Positions 17,931 through 27,415 of a DNA stretch of 61,882 nucleotides are shown here, piece by piece. This DNA is from a virus. Taxonomy: Duplodnaviria > Caudoviricetes. The DNA is taken from positions 1 through 61,882 of the IMG/VR virus record IMGVR_UViG_3300033148_008145, one strand, 5' to 3'. Position numbers and translations under genes: made by a program. Position 1 is the stretch's first letter; every line of letters begins with the position of its first letter. The notes beneath the pieces are model-generated. The model searched no databases, was not told the origin of the DNA, and saw only the letters and a list, made by a program, of their open reading frames with translations.

Positions 17931-20900
17931 TTCTCAGGATTTAACACTACGACAAAGATAGGCGTCGGAACTACTGCGCCAGCAAGAACTCTTGATGTGC
18001 AGGGACCAGCGGGTAACGATGATGTTATAGCTATTCGTCACCCATCTGGTGGTAGTTCGTGGCTTAAGTTGGGGTTTTGGAATGGAACCACAGAGAGGGC
18101 TTCAATAAGAACTCAAGATGACGCCAGCCATGTGAGTATTTTTTGTAGTACGACCGAACGGATGCGGATTATGTCCGACGGCAATGTTGGCATCGGGACT
18201 ACTGCGCCAGCAACTTTGTTTGATGCAAAATCATCAAGAACTCACAATTTTATTGGGCGATTTGTAAATACAAGCACGGTGGGGTGGGGAGCCTATATAG
18301 AGGGCGGCGGGGATAGCGCTGATTATTCGTTATTGATTCGTAACCAAGCCAGTAGTGATTTATTTGCTATAATGGGGGGTGGTGAAATTCGTGTGGCCAA
18401 CCAAACATTAGTTGATAGTGCTTACACAAACTACAATATGACATTCCCTGACTTGGGAGGCATAGCAATAGGGAGCGCTTACACTTATGCAAATATTTAT
18501 GCAACCAGTGGCAACCTTCATTTAAGAGCAAATGCATATGTTGCGAATACAGGATCAACCTCTAAAATATTTTTACAAACTGCCAATAGTGGAGGAGGTC
18601 AAGCGGCAGATGTAGTGGTTAATAACGGCAATCTCGGCCTCGGCTATGGTAACCCAGATTATACGCTCAAAATTGCAGGAGATTTTTATGTTCGCGACGG
18701 TTCCACTTTTGGCGGCAACGTCACCCTTGCAACTGGTGGAAGCAATACTGCCCCAAGATTAGCTTTTGGTGATGGGAATACTGGGTTTTTTGAACTCGGC
18801 GACAATGACCTGTATATTACCATTGGAGGCACGCGGAGTTTTATTATTGAGGAAAACGCATTTTATGGAGCCAACGCTACTGCGGCAATGATGCGAGGTG
18901 CTATAGCTTCGGCAGCAACCACAGCTTCGTTTTGTTTCAACTCGGATACGGATACAGGTATCGGGAGGGCAGCCGCCGATAAGCTTTCTCTTGTGGCTGG
19001 AGGGGTTGGTACAGTTACTGTTACATCCACTTCGGTTGGCATCGGGACAACTTCGCCAGCAGATGAACTGCATGTATACGGGTCGGGCAATATTGCGCTA
19101 TTCCAATCTAGTTCTGTCAATGTATGGCTTCAATTGAAAGGAAGCACAACATATAGTTGGCAAATAGGAGCAACAGGCAATGGGCTTCAGTTTTACAACG
19201 ATGAGACATCAGCTTATAGAGTAGTCTTTAAAAAAGACGGCAATGTCGGCATCGGGACAAATACGCCAAGTGAGAAGCTAGAGATATCTGGGGCAAGTGG
19301 TTTAGACGGAGCCACCCCTATTACTTTAAGGCTTCATTCAACAAACGACGGAAATTGGTCAAATCAAGTAGACGCAACAAGGATTGATTTTTCTACTGCT
19401 GATACTGGTGGTTATGTTGGGGCTGGAACAAAAGCCAGAATAAGTTCGTACCATAGAACACCAACAAATGTTTCTTCTGGTGGCCCAATGGGGCTTAAAT
19501 TCTATACTGCAGGTGATGCGACTGCAACCGCCCTAACTTCAAGGATGGTGATTGATCCAGACGGCAGTGTCGGCATCGGAACTACTACGCCAGCTAATAT
19601 TGTTGATGTACGAAGTAGCGGAACCCCTACTCTTGCCGTTAGGAATACTGGTACTAGCGCAAACGCTACGCTTCATCTCGGTGAAGTAAACCAGACGGCT
19701 TATGGAGTAGAATTGAGGTACGAGGGTAATTTAGGAAATCTCTTTTTGGAGAACCGTTATAATCACGCGACACGACCTCATATGTATTTCAGGATGAGAG
19801 TGGCTGGTACTCCGATTACTGCCATGACGATTGATCCAGCGGGTAATGTCGGCATCGGGACTACTGCGCCAGCTATGCCCCTTCATGTCTATTCGACTGC
19901 TAACGATGTTCTAAAGATTCAAGGTGCTGACCACGTTAGGGTGCATATTGACGGAACGGACTCGTCAGAAAAATCTTTAAACTTTTCGGAAGCGGGTAGT
20001 TTGATGTGGAAGTTGGGGATGGAGAATATCGCCCCATTCGAAGCTTTTGTTATTAAGAATAACGACAATGGTGCTCCCCAGTTTGTGATAGATTATAGCA
20101 GCGGCTATGTCGGTATCGGAAATACTACGCCTAATAATGGTCAAAACGTTACGGATAGGGTTCAACTTGCAATAGGGAATACGGCGCAGGTTGGTGGACG
20201 TGCAAGTGGTACTCCAAGTTGGTTTAATATTAGTCATGGAACTTATTTTAATGGAACTAATTGGAAATATTATTCAGCGGCAGATGAAGCTGCACTGATT
20301 GAAGGTTATAATGGTGGTCTGTACGCCCGGATGGCTGTAGCTGGTACCAATGCGGGAGACAATATTAGTTGGGTTACAGCATTAACCGTATTGAATACAG
20401 GCTACGTCCATATGGATGGAGCATCCCAAGTGAGATTGACCCTTGGAAGTCAAGGAACACCGGGAACTAATGACGCCAACTGGATAAGAGGAAATGCTAC
20501 TAATTTAAACTCTAACTCTGCGGGTGGAATACACTCTTGGGAGGTAAGCGGTGTAGAGAAAATGAAGCTGGACGCGTCGGGCAATCTGACGATTAACGGC
20601 AACATAAGCAATACTGCCGACGCGGGTTATTATTACCTTAACAATGCCGGGACAGGAAATAGCGGAGTTTATATTGCGGGATTTAGTACCGACATTATGA
20701 GATGCCATGTTCCCGCTGCTAAATATTTTCAATGGGAGGTTGGCGGCGCTGAGAGAATGAAACTTGATTCATCAGGTTTATTGACAATTACGGAATCGGG
20801 CAATGCTGGTGGTATAAATTTCCCTATTGCCAATTCTCGAATTTATTTTGGAGGTACTAGAGCAATAGAGGGCACTCCCGGTAATGCAAGTGGCAACTTA

Positions 20901-23900
20901 ACTTTTGGTGAAGGATACACGAGCGGAAAAGTTAGGCTTATAGCTGGGACAACAGAAGTAACTGGTGCGCTGACGGGTACTACGGCTACGTTTAGTGGCA
21001 ACTTAAGTGCCGGGGGGGCTAGCAGCACTTGGGTGGGTTACTCCGTAATTCAAGTAAAAGCTGCATCAATGGCATCCTCTGGCGTTGAATGTGAGTTGGG
21101 AGCTAACGTTTACTATAATTCTGGATGGAAATATTATAACGGCACGGTCGGAGCCACCCTGTACGAAGCTTACAACGGGGTTCACAAGTGGAAAACCGCA
21201 CCGAGCGGCACAGTAAACACGGCGGTGGCACTCACGGATAGAATGAACCTATCCTCCACAGGACTAACAATCACAGGAACGGGTACATTCAGCGGAAGTT
21301 TAAAAGCCGTAACAATTTTAGATACTAATAACAGCGCCGGAACTAATGGACAAGTTTTGACCACTACCGGCTCCGCTTTGGATTGGAAAACTTTAAGTGA
21401 GATTTCTGGGGTAGATGGCAGCGGTACTGCCAATTACATTCCGAAATGGACTGATGGTGATACTATTGGGAATTCTCAAATATTTGATAATGGAACCAAT
21501 GTCGGCATCAACGATGCAACTCCCACTTACAAACTAGATGTTAATGGAACATTTAGGGCAACTGGAGCAGGGACGTTTGGCGGTGCGATCACGGGTTATT
21601 CGCTTGCAGTCACGGCTGATAATAGCGGCTGGAATCCGGGGATAGCCTTAATAAACACCAACGCAGACTCCTCCCCAGCTTATATGAAGCTGGAAAAGAT
21701 TAGTGCCAGCCCAGCAGACAATGATTTCATCGGCGGTATCACATTCAGGGGTAGAAATGATGCTGCTGAAATTCACACCTATATGGAGATGTGGGGTGTC
21801 GCTACAGATGTTTCAAATGGAAACGAGTCAAGCAAGCTAAACATACACACTTTTAAACATGGTGTGGAATATCCCACCAGTCTTATCCTTGTTGGCAACG
21901 ATGTCGGCATGGGAGTTACCCCAACTGCCGTTAACACTTCGCATAGAAGTCTACAGATCGGCGGCAACGCCAACATCCAAAGTTACGGAACCAAAGGTGC
22001 GAGTGGTGAGGTGGATTACTGCCACAATGTTTATCTCAACCAAGATGGTAACTACAAGTTAATAAGTGCAGATGAAGCTACTATGTATCGTCAGAGCTCG
22101 GGCAAGCATATATTTTATAGTTGGGCTAGTGCTGCCGCTGGTTCAAATGTAAGCGTCAACGCTGCCGCAACTAAGCTCATCATTTTGGCTGACGGCAATG
22201 TCGGCATCGGGAGTGCTACGCCGGGTAAAACGCTGGATGTTGCTGGAACCTTCAGGGTTTCGAATGAGGTAACCCTCAGCGACCCCAACACGGCTGTTGA
22301 TAAAATAGGTGACGCTACAACCACAGGGTATCGGGTAAGACATTCAAATTTAAGTCAGGGAATATATATTGGTTACAACACTATCATGGGGGCGGGTTCA
22401 AGTGCAAATCAAGATATAACAATAAACGCAAAGGGAACGGGCGATTTATTATTAAATTCTACTGACGGCGGCAAAGTTGGCATCGGGACCGATACCTGTT
22501 CTTCAATCCTCCACGTTGACGCGGAAATGTCTTTAGGTCAAGACGGTAACAACCGGTCCATGCTTGGTTACTCAAATTCTACGAATCGTTTATATATTGG
22601 GACGAGGCAAAGTAGTACTAATTATTTCGACACTGTTTCGGTTACAAGCGGCAAAGTCGGCCTTGGGGGGAGAACTGCTCCGTCAACGACTTTGGTAATA
22701 CAAGGTATTTTTGATGGTTCTGCAACTCCAAGTGTTTCCGCCCCTAGCAACAACACAGCCAATAAGGGAATAGAAATTATAAAAGAACAATCGTCTGGCT
22801 GGGGGATTGGCGAGACATACGGAATAGATTTTGCCGCCACTAGCTCTGTTAACTCCACAAACCAATATAAGGTAGCTGCCATATATGGCGCAGTAGAGTC
22901 AGTACCATATTATGTTGCTGGCAAGTTGGGGTTTTATACGACTACAGGTGGGAATGGTGCATTATTATTAGAAAGAATGACGATAAAGGCTAGCGGCAGT
23001 GTCGGCATCGGTACTACTGCGCCAGTTCAAAAATTAGATGTGGCAGGAAACATTAATATAACTGGTGCCAATACTAATACTGGTTATGATAGGTATTTCA
23101 AAATGTACGGGAATAGCGATCCGGCGACAAATACCAACAGGTGGGCTGGTATTGGACTTTATAATAATGGAGGCAATAACGTCAACGAATTAGCATTTTT
23201 TACGGGAGCCGGTGATGGCGCACGAACAGAAAAGGTTCGTATTAATAATCAAGGCAATGTCGGCATCGGGACTACTACGCCAAGTTCTATTTTACATACA
23301 CGAATAGCAAACTCAGATTACGCAAACTCCGTAACTGGTGCTTCATTGATTGCTGAATCCACGGGTAGCCAAGCAAAAATTGTCATGAAAGTTGGCTCCA
23401 AGCATGCAGTAATAAGAACTGACAGCGGCGGGGCGATAGCTATTACGCCCCATTCTAGTGATATATATCTACAAAATTCAACTACAATGGTTGTTAAGGC
23501 TGACGGCAAAGTCGGCATCGGGACTGCTTCGCCATCACAAGTATTTGAGGTTTACGATGGAACATCTCACATGATGTATAACGGCAACATCAATATGTAC
23601 AAGGATGATTGCGGGTTATATGTGCGAGATTTATCGGGGACAGTAGGAATTCAGCTATTAGAAGGGACAAGCAATAGTTTTATAAGAGAGGGTAACTTCG
23701 GCATCGGGGATACTGCGCCGGGCGGTCTTTTATCTATAGGTACAAATGGTTCTTCCTATTTCAGTTCTAGCGCTCCAAATACGTTAAACTTTTTTTACAA
23801 TATAAACAGCGACACGGGCGGGTGGATTAATTATAGAGGGTATCAGGACGGAACCACTCAAACGAGAGATTTGATAATCGGTGACGGGAAGGGTGCGAAA

Positions 23901-25259
23901 ATAGCAACCTTTGACGGATCTACCAAAAGACTCGGCATCGGGATTGATGCTCCGGCTTATAAATTAGAAGTTTCAGATTCTGTAACGGGCGATTGGTTGT
24001 GTAGAATCAACAACACAGCAACCACCAGCACTCCCTCTGGTCTTATAGTTAGAACCGGTTACAATTCTGCAACTGCCACAGGTGGTTATTTATTAGGTTT
24101 ATTGGCAGGCCCTGATTATAGACTCGTAGTTCAGAATGATGGCAATGTCGGCATAGGGACTATTACGCCAGCACAAAAGCTCCACGTGATGGGTCAAATA
24201 AGTGCTGACAATGCAACTGGGGTATCAATGGCATGGTATAATACTGGTTCGATTCGTGGTCATCTTGGGATGACAGGCAACGAAGGTGACTTATCAATTT
24301 ATAGATCAAGTGCTGCAAAGCACGTTTATTTAAGTTCTTATTACGATTGTTATATAAACCCAGCAATCGGCAATGTCGGCATCGGTGATACTACTCCCAC
24401 TTACAAATTGGATGTTAATGGAACATTCAGAGCAACTGGCGCGGCGAATTTGGATAGCTCATTAACGGTTAGCGGCAACACAACGCTTGGTAACGATGAC
24501 ATGACCGACAGTTGGCAGTATTACGGCAGAAACACAAATACGCAGCTTACAACAAAGTATTTTTACATAGCGGCAAGCGGTACACAGGGAAAATCGGCAG
24601 AGGTGTGTAGGTTGTTTTTTAATTTGGTTCATTGGGGGACTTATGGGGCTGTTACAGTAGAGTTGTACGACCTCTATTACGGAGGCGATGGCTACTTGAA
24701 ATATGGTTGCAAGGCGGGCAACGGCAACGCTTGCGGAATTGAGCTAATTGAAGCGAGGGGAAACACAAGCGGGATGAAGGCAGACTTTGGTGCTGCCGTT
24801 GATACCGGGGGGGTGTATTCTGGGTACGCCAACTATTATGTCCCGGTTGTTGTTTATGCCAATGACTACAGACAACTCAAGGTTGTTGTTAGCACTACAA
24901 GATCCATTACAGCTTGGACAAACACCTCGTCCTACGGTGCATTGGCCTTTGCTCCATCAATATCTTATTCCAATATAAGTGATTTTAACCATACCGCGGT
25001 TCCAGAGCTAAACCCAACGCTATCTGGAGGTAACGCCACAACTCCAAACGCCACTTCTTCCCTGTACTCCACCCGTATGCAGATTCGAGAAGCCTTTCGA
25101 GATGATGGCGCGCAGATTTTAAGCAGCGCCGGTGCTTTGCTAAACATAACTACGCTGACAACCAGCAGCAGCATAGTTCAATCAGGAACAGGAGCTAACA
25201 TAGACCTTGGTACTAGGCTCAAACTCAACATACAACTGGAGGCTCAGACAAAACGATAA
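17925..25259 (+). CDS. giant modular fibre protein 2 (2444 aa; probably continues by +1 frameshift)
   Basis: About 20 GNVGIGT-delimited modules; the last ~17 codons look out of register and overlap the next ORF. Confidence 0.8.
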   Translation: MKFSGFNTTTKIGVGTTAPARTLDVQGPAGNDDVIAIRHPSGGSSWLKLGFWNGTTERASIRTQDDASHVSIFCSTTERMRIMSDGNVGIGTTAPATLFDAKSSRTHNFIGRFVNTSTVGWGAYIEGGGDSADYSLLIRNQASSDLFAIMGGGEIRVANQTLVDSAYTNYNMTFPDLGGIAIGSAYTYANIYATSGNLHLRANAYVANTGSTSKIFLQTANSGGGQAADVVVNNGNLGLGYGNPDYTLKIAGDFYVRDGSTFGGNVTLATGGSNTAPRLAFGDGNTGFFELGDNDLYITIGGTRSFIIEENAFYGANATAAMMRGAIASAATTASFCFNSDTDTGIGRAAADKLSLVAGGVGTVTVTSTSVGIGTTSPADELHVYGSGNIALFQSSSVNVWLQLKGSTTYSWQIGATGNGLQFYNDETSAYRVVFKKDGNVGIGTNTPSEKLEISGASGLDGATPITLRLHSTNDGNWSNQVDATRIDFSTADTGGYVGAGTKARISSYHRTPTNVSSGGPMGLKFYTAGDATATALTSRMVIDPDGSVGIGTTTPANIVDVRSSGTPTLAVRNTGTSANATLHLGEVNQTAYGVELRYEGNLGNLFLENRYNHATRPHMYFRMRVAGTPITAMTIDPAGNVGIGTTAPAMPLHVYSTANDVLKIQGADHVRVHIDGTDSSEKSLNFSEAGSLMWKLGMENIAPFEAFVIKNNDNGAPQFVIDYSSGYVGIGNTTPNNGQNVTDRVQLAIGNTAQVGGRASGTPSWFNISHGTYFNGTNWKYYSAADEAALIEGYNGGLYARMAVAGTNAGDNISWVTALTVLNTGYVHMDGASQVRLTLGSQGTPGTNDANWIRGNATNLNSNSAGGIHSWEVSGVEKMKLDASGNLTINGNISNTADAGYYYLNNAGTGNSGVYIAGFSTDIMRCHVPAAKYFQWEVGGAERMKLDSSGLLTITESGNAGGINFPIANSRIYFGGTRAIEGTPGNASGNLTFGEGYTSGKVRLIAGTTEVTGALTGTTATFSGNLSAGGASSTWVGYSVIQVKAASMASSGVECELGANVYYNSGWKYYNGTVGATLYEAYNGVHKWKTAPSGTVNTAVALTDRMNLSSTGLTITGTGTFSGSLKAVTILDTNNSAGTNGQVLTTTGSALDWKTLSEISGVDGSGTANYIPKWTDGDTIGNSQIFDNGTNVGINDATPTYKLDVNGTFRATGAGTFGGAITGYSLAVTADNSGWNPGIALINTNADSSPAYMKLEKISASPADNDFIGGITFRGRNDAAEIHTYMEMWGVATDVSNGNESSKLNIHTFKHGVEYPTSLILVGNDVGMGVTPTAVNTSHRSLQIGGNANIQSYGTKGASGEVDYCHNVYLNQDGNYKLISADEATMYRQSSGKHIFYSWASAAAGSNVSVNAAATKLIILADGNVGIGSATPGKTLDVAGTFRVSNEVTLSDPNTAVDKIGDATTTGYRVRHSNLSQGIYIGYNTIMGAGSSANQDITINAKGTGDLLLNSTDGGKVGIGTDTCSSILHVDAEMSLGQDGNNRSMLGYSNSTNRLYIGTRQSSTNYFDTVSVTSGKVGLGGRTAPSTTLVIQGIFDGSATPSVSAPSNNTANKGIEIIKEQSSGWGIGETYGIDFAATSSVNSTNQYKVAAIYGAVESVPYYVAGKLGFYTTTGGNGALLLERMTIKASGSVGIGTTAPVQKLDVAGNINITGANTNTGYDRYFKMYGNSDPATNTNRWAGIGLYNNGGNNVNELAFFTGAGDGARTEKVRINNQGNVGIGTTTPSSILHTRIANSDYANSVTGASLIAESTGSQAKIVMKVGSKHAVIRTDSGGAIAITPHSSDIYLQNSTTMVVKADGKVGIGTASPSQVFEVYDGTSHMMYNGNINMYKDDCGLYVRDLSGTVGIQLLEGTSNSFIREGNFGIGDTAPGGLLSIGTNGSSYFSSSAPNTLNFFYNINSDTGGWINYRGYQDGTTQTRDLIIGDGKGAKIATFDGSTKRLGIGIDAPAYKLEVSDSVTGDWLCRINNTATTSTPSGLIVRTGYNSATATGGYLLGLLAGPDYRLVVQNDGNVGIGTITPAQKLHVMGQISADNATGVSMAWYNTGSIRGHLGMTGNEGDLSIYRSSAAKHVYLSSYYDCYINPAIGNVGIGDTTPTYKLDVNGTFRATGAANLDSSLTVSGNTTLGNDDMTDSWQYYGRNTNTQLTTKYFYIAASGTQGKSAEVCRLFFNLVHWGTYGAVTVELYDLYYGGDGYLKYGCKAGNGNACGIELIEARGNTSGMKADFGAAVDTGGVYSGYANYYVPVVVYANDYRQLKVVVSTTRSITAWTNTSSYGALAFAPSISYSNISDFNHTAVPELNPTLSGGNATTPNATSSLYSTRMQIREAFRDDGAQILSSAGALLNITTLTTSSSIVQSGTGANIDLGTRLKLNIQLEAQTKR

Positions 25260-27399
25260 TAATGGTGGCGACTTTACCATCAAGCGTTCCACCGCTGGGG
25301 GTGGCACAACTTTTGAATCTGTCCCTACGCTACAATTTCTTTCGGACCATAAGGCTATATTCAGAGGTGATATTGTAAGCGGTACCGGAAGCATTGCTTG
25401 GGCAACATTAGGAGGAATTAGAATAGCAAACGGCGCAAGTGCTTACAGTTTCTTTTCTGCCAGCGACCAGACTAAAACATGGTTTGCTGGAATAGACCAC
25501 CATATGGCGGGTGGTAAAATGGGTATGGGTAGCAGTCATGATTTGACGATTGTAACAGGAAATGTTGAAGCTATAAAAGTTGACACATCTCAAAACACCA
25601 TATTCAGCGGAGATATTGCTGCGGGGACAAACAATGTCTACGACATTGGGGCAAGTAATAAGTTCTTCAGACATTGTTATCTTTATTATCTTCACGCCAG
25701 CACCCTTACAGCCACGGGGAACTGCACATTGGGCGACTCAACCTCCGCTGACTCACACACCATAAACGGCAGATTGCTAGTTAAGCCCGCCTCAATAGGC
25801 TATATTGATTTTTTAAGTAATGGTAGTTACGCCTGCCGAATAAAAAACCCGAATGGGAATCTTCATATTGGCGGCGGCAAGATATTTTTGGAGTATGGGG
25901 CGGGGGATGTTGTTGCTGCTACAATTGACGGTGCGACGGGCAGAGTCGGCATTGGGAGCGATACACCGATTCGGCAATTAGATGTATTAGGGGCAGTCGC
26001 TGGTCAATATTCTGCAGCTCTAATAAACACAAGTGCAACAGGGCATGGTCTATATATAAAAGCCGCGGCGAATAGTGCGTCTTATTTTTCGCTTGCGGTG
26101 GATGATAAAGATGGTACTACAAATTTTGTGATTCGTGGTGACGGCAAAGTCGGCATCGGGACTAATCCAACAGCGAGACTTTACGTAGTGGAAACTGCAA
26201 ATAATGCGTGGGCACTCCAAGTCAAAGGCACAGGTACAAGCGCTAATTATGGATTGGAAGTTAATTGTTCGGCGGGATATGCTTTATCTTCTCAACCATT
26301 TAAAGTTCAGACACCTAGCGGCGGCCCATTTTTTATAGATGGAAATGGCAATGTCGGTATCGGGGATGGTTCCCCTGATTACAAACTAGAGGTTGCAGGA
26401 ACATTGAGAATAGATGGAACTAGCTCATTGGCTGGTGCGGTGGAGGTTCACAGTGCGTTCTCGGCTTACCAATCGGGGTATTTTAAGCACGCTACAACTG
26501 GCTCAAAAAAGGGTGCTATATCAACTGGAGGTGCGCTAACTACTTGGCCGTTCCCAAGTGAAACAGCCTATGGTTCGCTGCAAAGCTGCGTAGGTAATGC
26601 CTCACTTACAGATTGCGCGTTTCCCTCAATTCACGCCTACGGTGGTGCGGGTGTTATAGGCGTAGGCGGCACGGATACTGGAGGAAGGCAAAATATTGGG
26701 GTGTTAGGCTACCAGCGGTTTACTCAAGATATGTCCACCAACACCTCTAACTACGGGTTTGGGGGCTACTTCATGGCTAAAGGTCTTGGCGCTTGTACTG
26801 ATTTCAAGGGGCATTATGTTGGGGTATATGGTAGGGGCGATACAGGATCAGATGCTGTAGAAACTCCTTACGGGACTGTTACGGGAGGATGGTTTCAGGC
26901 TGAAGGTAAAAGCGGTCAGACGACTTACGGGATTAAGGTGGCTGCTTCGAGCGGATCAACCAATTATGCAATAAGAAGCACTGCTGGGGAGGTTGCCATC
27001 ACTGGCGGCAGTGTCGGCATCGGGACTACTTCTCCGGGTTACTTGTTGGAAGTTAACGGCTCGTTTGCCGCGACTAGCAAGTCTTTTGTTATCGATCACC
27101 CTCTCAAGCCTGACCACAAGCTTGAACACGGAGCTTTAGAGGGACCTGAGTTTGGCGTTTATCACCGAGGAAGGGCTCAATCCGATACTATAACTCTCCC
27201 CGATTACTGGAGTGGCTTAGTAAGGGATGGCACAATCACGGTGCAATTGACACCAAACGGATCATTCCAGCATCTATATGTAGTGAGTACTTCATTGACT
27301 GAAATCAAAATCGGCGCTGCTGATGGCGAAACAATCGACTGTTACTATGTAATTTACGGAGAAAGAGCCGATGTAGATAGACTTATCGTGGAAAAATAG
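25207..27399 (+). CDS. fibre protein C-terminal part (730 aa)
   Basis: GKVGIGT modules and terminal KSFVIDHP...LEHGALEGPEFGVYHRG...ITLPDYW...VQLTP...YGERADV domain typical of phage fibre ends; TTG start in the +1 frame of the upstream ORF. Confidence 0.75.
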   Translation: MVLGSNSTYNWRLRQNDNNGGDFTIKRSTAGGGTTFESVPTLQFLSDHKAIFRGDIVSGTGSIAWATLGGIRIANGASAYSFFSASDQTKTWFAGIDHHMAGGKMGMGSSHDLTIVTGNVEAIKVDTSQNTIFSGDIAAGTNNVYDIGASNKFFRHCYLYYLHASTLTATGNCTLGDSTSADSHTINGRLLVKPASIGYIDFLSNGSYACRIKNPNGNLHIGGGKIFLEYGAGDVVAATIDGATGRVGIGSDTPIRQLDVLGAVAGQYSAALINTSATGHGLYIKAAANSASYFSLAVDDKDGTTNFVIRGDGKVGIGTNPTARLYVVETANNAWALQVKGTGTSANYGLEVNCSAGYALSSQPFKVQTPSGGPFFIDGNGNVGIGDGSPDYKLEVAGTLRIDGTSSLAGAVEVHSAFSAYQSGYFKHATTGSKKGAISTGGALTTWPFPSETAYGSLQSCVGNASLTDCAFPSIHAYGGAGVIGVGGTDTGGRQNIGVLGYQRFTQDMSTNTSNYGFGGYFMAKGLGACTDFKGHYVGVYGRGDTGSDAVETPYGTVTGGWFQAEGKSGQTTYGIKVAASSGSTNYAIRSTAGEVAITGGSVGIGTTSPGYLLEVNGSFAATSKSFVIDHPLKPDHKLEHGALEGPEFGVYHRGRAQSDTITLPDYWSGLVRDGTITVQLTPNGSFQHLYVVSTSLTEIKIGAADGETIDCYYVIYGERADVDRLIVEK

Positions 27400-27415
27400 T
27401 GTAATTTCTATAAAT

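Larger units (their letters stand above)
11304..27036 (+). repeat. dispersed ~30-bp repeat encoding G(N/K)VGIGTTAP
   Basis: Roughly 35-40 copies of consensus GACGGCAA(T/A)GT(C/T)GGCATCGGGACTACTGCGCC, e.g. at about 13403, 14858, 15824, 18177, 19843, 22191, 23253, 23502, 26140 and 27007. Confidence 0.9.

Noticed and set aside
12649-21510. Duplicated segments as a DGR template/variable repeat pair
   Set aside because: Differences are mostly synonymous and not adenine-specific, both copies are internal coding sequence, and no reverse transcriptase is in the window.
11304-27036. Repeat/unique alternation resembling a CRISPR array
   Set aside because: Repeats are degenerate and in-frame coding, the intervening sequences are 200-1000 bp, and no cas genes are present.
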